Source: Balanoglossus misakiensis
Taxonomy: Eukaryota > Animalia > Hemichordata
Reading direction: 5' to 3'
DNA: 64,000 nt
Assembly (NCBI GenBank): GCA_040954595.2
Contig: CM082587.2
Span: 2,509,000 to 2,572,999 of the forward strand
The notes under the pieces were generated by a model that did no database searches, was not told the DNA's origin, and saw only the letters and a list, made by a program, of their open reading frames with translations. This document shows, piece after piece, positions 14,801 to 28,048 of the stretch. Made by a program: the position numbers and the translations under genes. Position 1 is the first letter of the stretch. Each line of letters begins with the position of its first letter.

Positions 14801-16774
14801 CACCAGCCATTAGTAATCTGATCCATTGCTCCCTTGTCCAGATTACTTGTTATTCAGATGAGAGCACAAAGTGAGGTAATATCTGTTTAGTCTGGACCAT
14901 TTCGAGTGCGAAACTGAATAATATCTAGTATTGTTTCAACTGGTAGCACATTCCCGTCTTATTTTTTGGAGCTTTTAACTCATTCTCTGTGTCCACAGAC
15001 AGGTTCAATGTGACAATAGGCAAGCAACTGGGTATTATAAAGCCCAGCTCATATAACTTTGGTGCTAAAACATGCAAATTGAAATAGTTGTGTAATTGCA
15101 TAGCAAACATTGCAAACCAGTTACTATTTGCATACAATGTGTAGGGACAATTCCTAATTAACCCCCAATTACAGATGTGTCATATAATATGGTATAAAAC
15201 AAAAAAAAACTGTTCGTATATATATCTGTAATCAACGTGAAAAAATATCCATCTGTTTTACAGGACTGTTCAGATAATTACCAAGCAGATTTGCCAAGTG
15301 CACTTACCTATCTAAATGAAATGCTGCTATTTCTGCATTGTGTCTGTCATAGCCACCGTAGGGAGAACCACTGATTATGTAATCTCGGGTGTATCTTGAG
15401 AGAGAGAGAAAAAAAGCATAAGATCAGAGAGCGTTGGGGTTACATTTATGTGTCTGCTTGCAGTTCGTACTGTCGTCATTACTGTATGACATGTCCATGA
15501 CAAAACAGTGTAAATGTCATTCAAGTTTTTCCAACATCCACACAAATACACTTGAAAAGTATACAAAAAAAGTTCTCACAGTGTTCGCACACACAAGTAC
15601 TGAGTCTTTGCCTCTTGTTTTAACACCTCTAGAAATTGATTTCTCACAAAAGACCACTCATTGGCAGTAGAGAGAGCAAACACTTCAAAAGGTGAAAATT
15701 TAACTCTTGCCTGAAAGACTCTGTAATAGTTTCTCTTTGCTGAAGTGTCAGTTACGTTACTACAATTTCGCACCGAGAGCTTTGTGTATACATTTGTATG
15801 TGTGCGACTTTGTTGCTGGCTGCTAGGTTTTCATGGGTGTGCATTTAACACAGTATGGTTTTCTTTACACACAGCCGGCAGTCAAATGTTCTGAGGGAAG
15901 AGACTCTCTCCATTTGTGTGGTGTTGGATTTCTGTGTCCACTGCTCGTTGTTGACACAACCACTGACTGGGCCAGACAGGGTTGCTCTGATGATGACTGA
16001 AATGTTAATTACGCCACGCTGCGAACAGGTAAGAGTCCAGAACTCGACTTTTCATGACTTGCCGCTGAAGTTGTTAATAACAGAATGGACGACATGCAAA
16101 GTAATGGTCTTTTAATACTTGTTCCTGGAGCACATAGGATAGTTGAAAGTTTGTGCAAAAGTCATCAGAATTCTCTAGACAGTACATATACAATTAACCT
16201 GTCTACACTCAAAATATGGACAGAAATCCACAAACAACCTTTGACCCCAAATTTCCACTCACCTCATTGGTTTGAACACCACGTGTTGCCCGCCTTGTAA
16301 AGTCAGCATGAGTTTCAACTGTGTGCCTCTATAACCCACATCTGCTTGTATTATCTTCGCCGTTGCCATGGCATGCAACACGGTGCCCAGATCGGGAGCA
16401 ATCGGCGGATAGATCTCCCGCGATCTCACCCAGTCTGCTGCCAATGTCCATATTTCGTCCAAATTCTCGAATCCACGGTTCACATGCATTGTTGTCTGAA
16501 CCGGCTTGAGTACCACGTTGTTCCGATTGAGGCTGTCGACGTGTTTGCTCATCTTTCCCGGCAAAAACATGGTGCCGTCGTCGTCGTTATCTTCGTCCCG
16601 CTGACCGAAGTCTGATTTGAATTCCTTCTGTTGGAAAGAATGCTGGATATCTTCGTTCCTGGGCGGAGGAACGCTGAAGTCTGTCTGTCCTATACTCATC
16701 AGCATCCATATGACGGTCGTTACGCAGACAACAAAGACGATTGTCAGTCGTCGCACCCTGAAGAACCGAAACAT
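11860..16774 (-). CDS. FAM20B: Glycosaminoglycan xylosylkinase (FAM20 family Golgi kinase), 7 coding exons
   Basis: Exons 16774-16263, 15394-15308, 13300-13188, 12932-12761, 12579-12388, 12300-12241, 12079-11860. N-terminal signal anchor. Motifs [75 protein letters not shown] match FAM20B as recalled. A probable non-coding first exon ends at a donor near 18727. Confidence 0.96.
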
Positions 16775-18789
16775 TGTGAAGTCTTCACGTAATCAAAGAC
16801 ACTCTTGTTTACTGGGATATGCTATGTCCAGCTACTTTCCCTGGTAGGTGCAAAGCAAAGACCACTACATGCGACTTTTTCTCCCGCTTTGCAAGCAAGC
16901 AGTCATACTGTGCAATCCCAATAAAGAGAACTCTGTCTTTAGCAATAGACTTCTTTCTTTCTCTTACCCTTTCTGTAGGGCCTTACAGGGTTTCAGGTCT
17001 ACACCACAGTTAGGGAATACTGACTACAGAGCGCAGGCCTACCGCGTTGCCTATAAAAGCCCACTTAATGACATAATACACCCCGGATAGGGTATCTCCT
17101 GCTGTATGTCATTCCTTAATCCATAGAATTAAGTCAATGGATGGAAACAGAATTCCGTATCCTTCCAGTTAAGTCACATCACGTGCATCAAACCAGAGAG
17201 AAGCATGTTGCCGGATGTTTTTCTTTTCTTTCTCTTCTATTTCACCCCTCTCAAAACTGAAACTGTTGTCATAGACCTCTGGCTTGAGTGATTGGTTTAC
17301 AAAACCAGCTCCGGGTTGGCATAGTTCTATGTGTCAGCTGATATGGTCCATACTCTGTGAAAAAATTGAGAGAGAGAGAGAGAGTTTTGCATATGAAATT
17401 CCTTCAATTTCTGCAATGCACTGTATCTGAGCAAAAGGCAAAGAAGCAACAGCAGTCACGTCTACAAGAAGACCAGATTTCTTCAGTCCTAATGTCTGAC
17501 GTGTGCATTCCCAATACACTGTGGTACTTTTTTTTATAAAGGTCAGCTACTATGTGGTATTTTGCATAGGGACTCAATGCCCCATCTCCACTGGTTACAC
17601 AACAGCTATAATCACAGGGAGAGATTTATGCAAATCGAGAAACTTGTTGAAAAGCTCCAAGAAAAGATGGCAGCATGACACGTAGCGGGTTTACCAGCTT
17701 TGGTTTGTCTATACACAAATGACTGCAAGTCCAGTGAGCATTAATTCTTGCTTTGTCCTGCTTGTCGTCTTACATAATAGGTGCTATTCTTCAATTCCTG
17801 AATCCTTCCCTTGGTATATGGGGGATTCAATGAATGAATTAAATGAAAGGACTGTATATCCTTGCAGACTATGTGTACATTTCTACTTGAGTGTTGGCTA
17901 TGACAGCTCGATCACTCATCTCTATTGATACAAACCAACCCAATTTAAACTATTTGACTACCATACAAGCAAAAGGTCTATGCGGATTGCCACCATTAGA
18001 TATACATGTGTATGTATGTATGTGCCAATTATTCCGATAAAATTGTGTGCTATATACAATTTATTCATGGCTATTTTTGGCATATAATTTGGTTATTTTT
18101 ATATTCTTTCATTTCACAATCCAATGTGACACTCATGCTTATTCATAAAACTATGTTCTGGTGAACTTTTTTTTGCAATAATGAAATAAACAACATATTA
18201 GCGTAATTGCAAGAAATCAAAGGTTACCCAGTTTTATTGCTATAATTTCATGCAATGGTACACAGAATTCATTAGAACAGTTTGCTACTGACTAACCATA
18301 TGGTGCTGGTTGTGGAAACACTCTGTATACTAGTATAGCATATCCAGGCTAGGCTGAATACATGTATGTGTTCAGGGAGGGACACATACAGTATTAGTCT
18401 GAGCAAGTTGTTTAGTGAGATCTGTGCTGCTCAAGCTCAACCATCACTGTACCCGGCCAAAAGGTAGAAAGGCCTCGTACAGATCCCGCCGCCCCGACCG
18501 ACGATCGCTCTCTCGAATGTCCATGGGTCAGTACGGTACGATCGAGTGAAGGCAGCAGAGCGTACAAAATAATACCGGAAGCAACGTGTAGTGTACATCG
18601 CACACTGAACTGTCAGTGACTTTTACATGTAAGAAACGCAAGCTGGCAACACTTGATTTGTACCTATCAGCACTTATGCTTTGCAAGTTACAGATGTGCG
18701 TTACTGTTATCCTAAGACTTACTCACCTTCCACGAGATCATATATTTTTTCGGGACAGTGTGTAGCAGAAACTTACTTGTGTACATCTG

Positions 18790-18960
18790 CCATAGCCGCT
18801 ACCCTAGCCTAGGAATAATATATTCACTGGCACCCCTAGCAAAGTAGTTAAAGTAACAGAGGGCGCTGTCTATGTGGTACGCGTTGCCATAGCATCCATG
18901 ATGTAATTATCCAACATGGCGATTATCGATGAGGTCCAGCGTACGCGACTGCCAAGTCAA
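18790..18960. promoter_or_regulatory. Probable bidirectional promoter between FAM20B (-) and the C9orf43-like gene (+)
   Basis: Divergent first-exon donors near 18727 (-) and 19056 (+). CTCF-core-like CAGAGGGCGCT 18857-18867, X-box-like GTTGCCATAGCATC 18883-18896, YY1-like CAACATGGCG 18912-18921. Confidence 0.55.
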
Positions 18961-19680
18961 AACACTGTCGTTTGCTGCAGATAATTGTTCACGTACAGGG
19001 ACTTTTAAAGCATGTCACTAAACTTCTAGCTCATGTAGGAGTTGTTCAACAACAGTAAGTGGGTTTTACCAATCTAATATTTTGCTAGCCGTCTAAAATG
19101 GCGCATTTAGTGATTAGTGGGTTGGCCTTGTCACACCTGTTGTATTGTAATTGTATTGGTCTGTGGCTATATATGCTAGTACTACAGTGTATGTATGTCA
19201 TGACCGTGGATATTAACGTTTTCATGCTACCAACATGGTTCCTGGTGGCGGAAGCATAACCTACAAGTAAATAAATGTATTTATAAATCTTAGACATTGC
19301 CACATGCAGATCTATACAATACATACCTGTTGATCTGTCTCTGTAAGATAGGAACATGACAACATAAAATTGTAAATGACCTGGTCAGTTCATTTTCTCA
19401 GCATGTCGTGTTTACAAATGTCCGTAGTTGTTTCTGTCACCTGGTAGACAGAGATATTGCTGCTGCTTTCCGTTTAACCCAATAACAGTAAGGCTTGTCT
19501 GTATATAAAATATTGAAGAAAGTTGATAGAATCATCCATACAGCACCAGCACTGTTGCAATTGGAAAAAAATGGTTTTCCTCAAATATCTAAGTAGTAAC
19601 AATTGAATTCTCACACTGCTTTACCAATAGGTAGGATGTTGTAGCAGCTTACACCGTAGACACTTATCCTCGAGTCCACC

Positions 19681-22600
19681 ATGCCAGCTGGCATTGTAGA
19701 TGAGACTTCCTGCGGGCCTTCCTGTCAGCATCCGGAATGCTGGGCCTCAAACAGAAGAATCCAAAAGCATATCCCCAGAGTGCTGTCACCTGTACCACAG
19801 GCCAAGAAAAGTGACCAGGAAGATGATGATAGTTATGGTAAGGGTGGTATCAATTTTCTTCCTAGGGGTAGGCCTGTGGTCTACATCAGTGTGTGAAATG
19901 CTTGATGGGGGTGGGACAACAACTGTAATATCCCATTTAACATTAAATGTCACACTTGCCATACATGTTTATTTGTTATTCTGTCTCTCCTAGGACTGCC
20001 AACCCTGAAAGTAATGAACATGCTGGATGATTATGGATTTGATGCAAAAGACAGATTTCCTTCCCCTGATCCGTACCTCTTCAGTCAAGTAAGACACCGG
20101 CGTGCCAGCTCCTTACCTGGAATACCATTGGCTGAGAGGTCAGTATTACAATACTAGTCTTCTGGTGCCTGGTTGAACTTTCTTCTAGCCCGACTGCTTC
20201 CTAATAACTTGGCACAGTATAATACCCAATGGTCTTGTGGAGATCAAATGAACTTTGATCTTCACTCTTGCTTTGATATCTACGACACTAACACAACATA
20301 CATAATTTCTCAGCAGTGCTGTGCTGCCAAGTCCGCCACCACCAACGACTTCCCCGAACAGCAGCGATCCGTCCAGCCGGCGGGGAAGTCGGCAGATTGT
20401 CCATAGCGCTCCCCAGCCCCTGCAACCCATACCCAGCATCAAGAAGGTAGAAGTCCACGAGGTGTTCGACTGGGAAGATTTGAAGCAGAACTGGACAGAC
20501 ACCTTTGTGGCCTCAAACTACTACATCTGGTGTCCCTCACAAAAATCACTACAGAGGAAAAGTTTGGAAAGAGCTGAAAGGAAAAAGTGAGTGTTTTTCT
20601 CGATTTTAACCCCACCTGAAACATTTCCTCATGAAATAAATATGGTCTTTTCTGGCTTTTTTGTCTCACGTAAATTACTCTCTAAATTTTTCAAGAATGT
20701 TTATGTTAGTTATGGTCATGACTTTTTTTCACTTTTCTCAGATCAATTAAAAGTGCAAGGCATGTGAAACAAAAGAACATCAGTGGAGATATCCTTCCTG
20801 CTGAGCTTCAACAGTCCCTGAAACCACAGAAAGTAAGTGAACATGTGAGGCTTTTTGGACAAATTGATGAATGATACCATGCTGTATTTATTTTGGTGGA
20901 TGATACACTCCAGAGCTCTTTCTATAAATAATACTGTATTCAACTATGTTGTCCCTGGAAATGAGTAGTTTTCATGATACGTGTACCCTCCCAACTCCAA
21001 GGAATAATAATAACAACCATCTAATGTCTATTTCTTCCCAGTCTTGCACAGAAATATAAGAAAAACAAAATCAGAAAATTCTTAACTTTTTCCCTTGTCT
21101 CTTGTCTCCCTCTCCACTCTGTGAATAACAAAACCAAACTGATGACTCTCTCTTTGTTACCTGTTTCCGTGACTTGCTGTTAACAGAGTTTTATTCCAAG
21201 AACAGCCAACAGTGTTGTAAGTGAGGTCAAAAAATGACTTTCAGACATCAAAACCATTTCACCACCATCATCATATTCTACTATACCTGTTTTATAAACC
21301 TGTTGAATAGTTCTATTCTTTTTTTAAAAATTATACTTCATTTCATTTCAATGTTTCAAGGTTACTGGGTAAAAATGGATTATAACATCTAACTTGTAAT
21401 CTTTAGTATGTTTAATCATTTTTGTTATTTCACTTTCTATTCTCTGGTAATGGGAATGCATGTTTTTTTGCATCACCTCATATATTTAGGCTTTTCTGAA
21501 GGTTAAAGTTAGCCAGAAGTTAAATGTGTGATGTTACTTTTATCTTAAGTATAACATTACAATTTATATTAATTAACGTACCTTACTATGTTAAAAGAAA
21601 CCTCTATTACTACACAGAAATATTGAAGATCGATTTTCTGAATTTTTTGGTTTGTCTTTTCCAACAGAGAAGTAGAAGATCCCGGAAGACACCCTCTGGT
21701 GGTCAGCCATACACACCAAGGGGTGCAAGTCAAAGGGGACAGACTGAGCAGATTCAGATGGTAGAGATTGGACCGGTAGAAAACATAGAGCCTGATGGGT
21801 AAGTCATGTGACTTAGATTCTCAAAAGTCTATGAATTTGTATCTAACACACGCAAAGACTATGATCAGTTGCAAAATTGCAGGTGTGATTTTTGCTGCTG
21901 CAAAATTGCTTTTGGTAATGGCTGCAAAATAACCAGACAATGATCGACAGCTCTGTGGCTGAGGTGGATACGTTCCTGCTTTTCTGCTGGGTGAATTGTG
22001 TTCTTTACGTTAACTTTCTCTTCCTCACAGTCTAAATGAATTGCTTAACTTGCCAAGAGACATACTTCTTGAAGTGCTGCAGCACACAAAGCAGAGGTGA
22101 GTGTGTGGGAGGAAAGATGGTTGCCTTTGGGTGGTGGTGAGGGTGGGGAGTCATGAAAGAGATTTTTTAAAGTGTATCATTTTTGTAAGTGTTTCTGACG
22201 GTATAAGCATATCTTGTGTGGAATAGTCAAGGTCAATAGTGCATGAATTGAAATTCTTTCAACTAGCTGTTTTGTTCACAAGGCATCAACTGCGGCTTCT
22301 ATATTTTGTACAGGTATGAGGTTGATACTTTGTGCTTTACAGATCTCAAGATCTTGCAATGAAAGATATTTTTTCTTTTCTCCCATAGTGATTTGTTATC
22401 AAAAGAGAAAATCCATTCCATACTACGGAAGATCCTTCCACAGTTGCAATTCCAGGAAGACGTGCAGGTATACCGCGGCTCGCCGGCCGTCAGGAACAGC
22501 CAGCTGCTCCGGAACAAGAAACTCAAGCTTCTTGACAGCCGCACCAAGCATGAAGCCCCAGTGGACCTGTACCACCCGAGGGCACTCTATTACATGGATG

Positions 22601-25161
22601 ACCAGGTGCTGAGTTGTGTCAGCACGGAGAACGAGTCGGAAGATGTGAAGAAAGACCTTGAGGTGCAGTCCATAGAGTATGCAACCGTCTCCCCGGTTGC
22701 CACGGACACCTCTCCTAGAAAGACAGCAGGAATTGCAGGTAAACTTTACCAAGAAAACTAAAGTGATGAAGACTAAATTTCCTCCCATCATTTTGAAACT
22801 GGATTTTGCTTTGTCTTCATGTTAACACTGTCAATCTGTCTTTCTGCAGTTCCATCAATGGATTCAATGAATGCCCGTGCCAAGATTACGTCAATTTCCA
22901 CTCAAAGTCTTCCTCCGCTTGAGCCAGGAATCCGACTAACCAAACCGTTTATGTACAAGGGACATCATATGGACCTTGCACTAGGTAAGTTTACTGGTGC
23001 AAACTGGTTGGGCCAGATCACCACTTGTTGAATTTCTCGGTGAAGGCCTGGTAGTTTAATAACCATATAATAGAAAAGACTTGAACTACCGGGGTAAAAT
23101 TTCCAAAGACACTACAGAAAAACATTGCCTAAACTCCCAATTCCTTATCATTTCAGGTCCAGTTCCCAGCCCTCCAAGACATGCGCCCTCTTTGGCTGGA
23201 CGCACAGAAAGTCTGATATCCGAGAAGGATGCCTCCTCCATCCACGTCACCATGCCGACCATGGGATCAACCGATCGCAGTGGACTGGCGACACCGGTAG
23301 GCTTCTACCGCAGAAGTCCCGCTCAGCCCGTCGGGATGTCAGGGGCTACCTCTGCAAAACTGACATCTTCTCCATATCCTAGTGAGGATATTGTAAGTAC
23401 AGGATATGTGCTAAGTTCTATTTTGTTGCATAGACTTTGCTTTTTAAGTCACAGTCATCAACTTTGTACATGTATGTTACTCAAGTTTCTTTGCAACATC
23501 TACTCACAAACTGGAACAATCGTGACATTGTTTTCTGTGTTCAGAGAACTATCACAATTTCAGATTTTATCGTGATGTTTTTTCCTTCATAAAATAAATT
23601 AAACCATGATACTAATGTAGCCACTGTTTGTTTGTCCACAGTCTATATATCTTTGCACAGAGGTATATCAATCATATTACAATAAGTATCAACTAACCAA
23701 ACTGCATGTTGTGCAAGCCATGCATGTGATGAGAATAGTTTTGCAAGATTCCTCCACTTCTCCTGCAAGCTGGGATTGCAATTAAATACTTCCTGTGCCC
23801 AGTTTAGTGTGAATACATGTATTGGTATGGTTTCTACCCTGATAGCCCTACACTTGCTCCCCTTACCGTACAACCCATTCCCCAAATTTGACATGATCTG
23901 ACGTCTTTTCTGTCACTATGCATCTATTTGCATGACTTGAGTCATTTAAAAAAAAATAATTCAGGCATTTAATTTTTTTTTTTTTTGCGTTAATTTTCAG
24001 GATGGAACTGAGGATCAGTACCCCCTGCATGCTGTATCACCGTCTCTGTCAACCCACGTACCCAAGCCACCCATAGGCACACCCAACACTATCCCACCCA
24101 AGACAGGCTACAGTGTAAACGTCAAGCAGGAGGATGGTTGGTCGCCTGCCGGGCCCTTCACCCCATCAAACACCCCGATGGCCGTGGCACCAATGCCCAA
24201 CCCGAGCCCATCCAGCCCGGAGAAGACACAGCTGAGAACAATAACGGAGGCCAACAGCGAGATGTCAGCTTCGTTGAATCGGGAGAGATACGCCGAGGCT
24301 CTGATGTACTCACCGTCGCCTCCCCCGAGTCTCTCGGTTCTTCCGCCGAAATCGGAAGGCACTACGGTCAGCTGGTCACCAGCTTTGGCCAATTCCAACA
24401 CACAGAGTCTTATCCCGCAGGTGTCGGAGAAGTCCAAGCCCTCCCCTATCCAGTCTTTCCACACGGTCATCCTTGAGGCTCCTTCACCAGAGCCGTGGCC
24501 ACAGGTGGATGAAAGAGACTATTACAACATTGTCCAGAGCCCGGATAGCAGTAAGAAATCTGCACAGTCAGATTTAGCGGCTCAGAGGTTTGCTGAGCAG
24601 CAGGACCTGGAAGACATCGCGCCGGCACCAGCCCCGCCCCCGCCTTCTCCGGAACCCAGGGACCCCCAGTCAAAGGAAGAAGACGAAGAAGAAGAGCCTC
24701 AGTATGTCAACGAGAATGTCGACGTTGGGAAAAGTTCATCAAAGTCATCGCTTGCTCCACTTCAAGAGGAAGGAGAAGAGGAAGAAGAGGAGGAAGATGA
24801 GGAAGAAGATGATGATGGACAAGAGATGGAGTTACAGATTGCAGGTTTGGTGATTGCTGATGATGGAGATTATGACCAGGGGCAAGAGGATCATGTGATG
24901 GAGACAGCTGGGTATGACATGACTGTAACAGTAGAACCGCCAAGCGATGCAGAAAATGAGACGGAACCAGCCGAGAAGCAGGCAGCAACGGGAGCTGTTG
25001 AAATGACCAAGGAGGTTATTAGTGAACCACACGAGCCCAGCACTGAAGGTCAAACAGCAGACATTAGCGAGCAACCTGCTGAACAGACTGTGGGTGGGGA
25101 TTCAGGTGATCCAGCCCCAGAGGGCCAAGAAGCTGAGGAGAAGCCCAAAGATGAACAGTGA
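19681..25161 (+). CDS. C9orf43-like / DUF4647 family protein with long Pro/Ser-rich and acidic C-terminus
   Basis: Exons 19681-19837, 19994-20138, 20314-20586, 20742-20832, 21187-21216 (microexon), 21668-21798, 22031-22096, 22389-22738, 22850-22984, 23157-23392, 24001-25161, with consistent phases. N-terminus DETSCGPSCQHPECWASNRRIQKHIPRVL..LPTLKVMNMLD and internal LPRDILLEVL resemble recalled C9orf43 ([40 protein letters not shown]). AATAAA near 25402. Confidence 0.8.
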
Positions 25162-28048
25162 CACCCCTGAATGTTCTGTGATAAAAACAAATGTTTTGTT
25201 GTTGGTGTATGTGGTGGCGCTATCACTAGCAATCTTTCCTTGACAACAAGGGGTCATGAAGTTTTACATCTGCACTGCAGTACGAGAGTACTTCAGAAGA
25301 CTGACCTGCATCAGATCTTGCATGTGTATACATATGTATACACACTGATCTCGTGACTGCAGTAGTAAAATACCGTCCGTGGAGTGTAAATATCCGAGAA
25401 AAATAAAACATTCCAATTTTGAATTAACACTTTTGATTAAGCATTTACGTTACACAACTTTCTTCTAGCATTAATAATCTCTTCTTCCATTGTACAAATC
25501 TTTCGTTTTCCAATTCAGTTTCCTTCCTTACTCTGATCTTCCTACCTTGATGTTACAATAGACATGGATATCACGGAAAAAGAATTGTGAAATATAATAT
25601 TGTGTCTACACATGCTTGTACATTTTTTGTTCTCGAAGTGTGATTTAATTAAAAAAAAAACTAATACCTGTCAAGGATGACTTCTATTGATTCAGTGCAC
25701 TTTGTTGATAACTGAGGCAGTTTGAACTGATTGCTCCTGCCTGTCTATTGGTTGGTAGTATATCTTCACAGTTCATTCATGGTATACAGTGTACCCCTTG
25801 CTCAGTAGTCAGTGTATATGCAGAGGGGTTCCGAGACAAAATCACAGCGTACTGAGGGTTAGAACTCATGGGTGGGGGTGGGGTGGGGGCTTAAACTAAG
25901 AAGTACTCGAAACACAAAGTAATTTTTTACAATATATGTTTTATTTTCCTGGCAATATCGCAAACTTCAGATCCATAAGTACAAACTCTAGAGCAATGTG
26001 TAGGTACAGGTAATGCGCATACAACTGTCTACACAAACACGTTTCATATCAAAGTATTAGCAGTGAGTACATAAGCAAATATGCAAACATTAGTTCCACT
26101 TTGTCACTATTTTTCACCTTCACAAAAATTACACCAATAAATATCCAAGATACAATATATGGTATCTTCAAGAGGTAATTTTGTATTCTAGCAAATACAC
26201 TCAGAACAGATACAGTACAACACATTGCTTATGAAACACACTCAGAATGTTATGAAGAAATGTGTTGAGATGTAAAATTACCAAGCAAGGCATTGCAGTA
26301 CAGGTTTACACTAATAATGGAATATTCCCATCTTTTTGAATAAATATTAAGGGAGAGTACCTAATGTAATTTTTTTCAGCACCTGTTGAATTCAATAATT
26401 ATTGCTGAAGGAGGTCATTCATGTACTTGTACCCACAAATGTCAAATGGACATTCCTCTGTCAATAGCAAAGTTAAGGCACAGTGAAACTTGAAATGTGA
26501 ATGTTCCTACAATGTTCTTGGAGCCTCTTCAACTAGGATAATAATACTGTTTGACAGATTTGGTGGTTTTTTTGCTGTTTTTGGTATTCCAACCAATGTG
26601 GTTTTTGTGTGGGTTTTGTACGCATGTTGGTGGTGTGGTTATACACGAATTTTGGTGATTTGGTACCGTTTTGTACGCTTATCTCTGACAACTCAGTGAA
26701 AAGAAAATGGTATATGATAACTGTAGCTGTACAATGTAAACCTGTCACCACTCGATTAAGTACAAATACAATTTTCTGTATTTTTTAAAGAAAAGAATAG
26801 TTTTTAATGGCAAGCTCACATTTAAACTACTTAAATACATTTGTTATTTTACTTTTCCTACTTATTACTAGTCACGTTCAGCTGCGTACAGTTCCACGCA
26901 GGGACTCGGACAATAATTCAAGGATCCTCACTATAAAATTGACATATAAAAATGGTACAGCCCAAGACTTTTCGTCAAAAACATGATTTGTATTGCTTTG
27001 AAACTGAAACTGTTCCTCAAAATATCTATTACAGTCATACACTGTATAGGGTCAATATTCAGTTTAGATTGAAAGGTCATAGGTCACTACAAGTAATTAA
27101 GATGACCCCATTCGACCTCTCATAAAATTATGAGTCACCCAGCCTGACAGTGCTGCAATATCTTACCATCACTGACTCACGACTACAAAGAATCTGAACA
27201 CCATACATCATTTCTAAAGAGACATTTACGAGTCTGTACAATGACCCATTTTAAAATACGTGACAAGCAATGACATCATAACTATAAACACAAATCTTTA
27301 AAAATATATATATATAATATTAAGTACTACACACACCAGGACATCAGTTGAATTGGCAGTTACTTATTTTCTCATGGGAAATACTTCACTTTGTAGGAAT
27401 GGGGAAAGAAGAAAAATATTCCTTAAAATAAAATAATTCACTTTATCAGAAGAATATTCACATAGACATTGTATTAACCATCAAAATGTACATGTCATGA
27501 GTTTGTCAATGGCAACATAAAAATATAAATTAATTAAGTAATAATCCATTGTAATCTTTAACAATAATGCAGCATATTGCCGCTATTCATATTTTGATTT
27601 TCAAATTACTTGACTGCACAAAACATTCTGGCATCAGCTAAGGTCCCCTATATATAAACTCCTGAGGATTAAGTTTGATTTCCTTTCTGAGATATCAGCA
27701 GCTTCCTTGAGTGGCCACCAGAAATCTGGCTGTCATGTGTGTGACAAAAAATGCCCTATACTCAGCTACACAATTCCAAATCTCAGCCAAAGACATGATT
27801 AATGTCAGGTATATTTTGTTACTTCAGAAAAAAGGACAGTTTTTATGTTGTGCATAGCATGCCCAAGTTCTACTGGTCATGAATGTCAACACATACAGCA
27901 GCGGTCAATTCTCGGCGTACACTATGTACAGTAACTGTGGGTAGCTATGTTTGGTTATCAGGAGGGCAATTAACCTTGGGCGTTGCTTGCCAACACAGTC
28001 ATTTTGATCTTGACAGTAGACACACCCCCCCCCCTGAAAAAGTTCAAA

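Noticed and set aside
13340-16300. Short ORFs within FAM20B introns and antisense ORFs over exons
   Set aside because: No motifs or splice-supported structure; expected by chance.
16362-16375. X-box-like GTTGCCATGGCATG
   Set aside because: It lies inside FAM20B coding sequence (HAMAT) and is explained by protein constraint.
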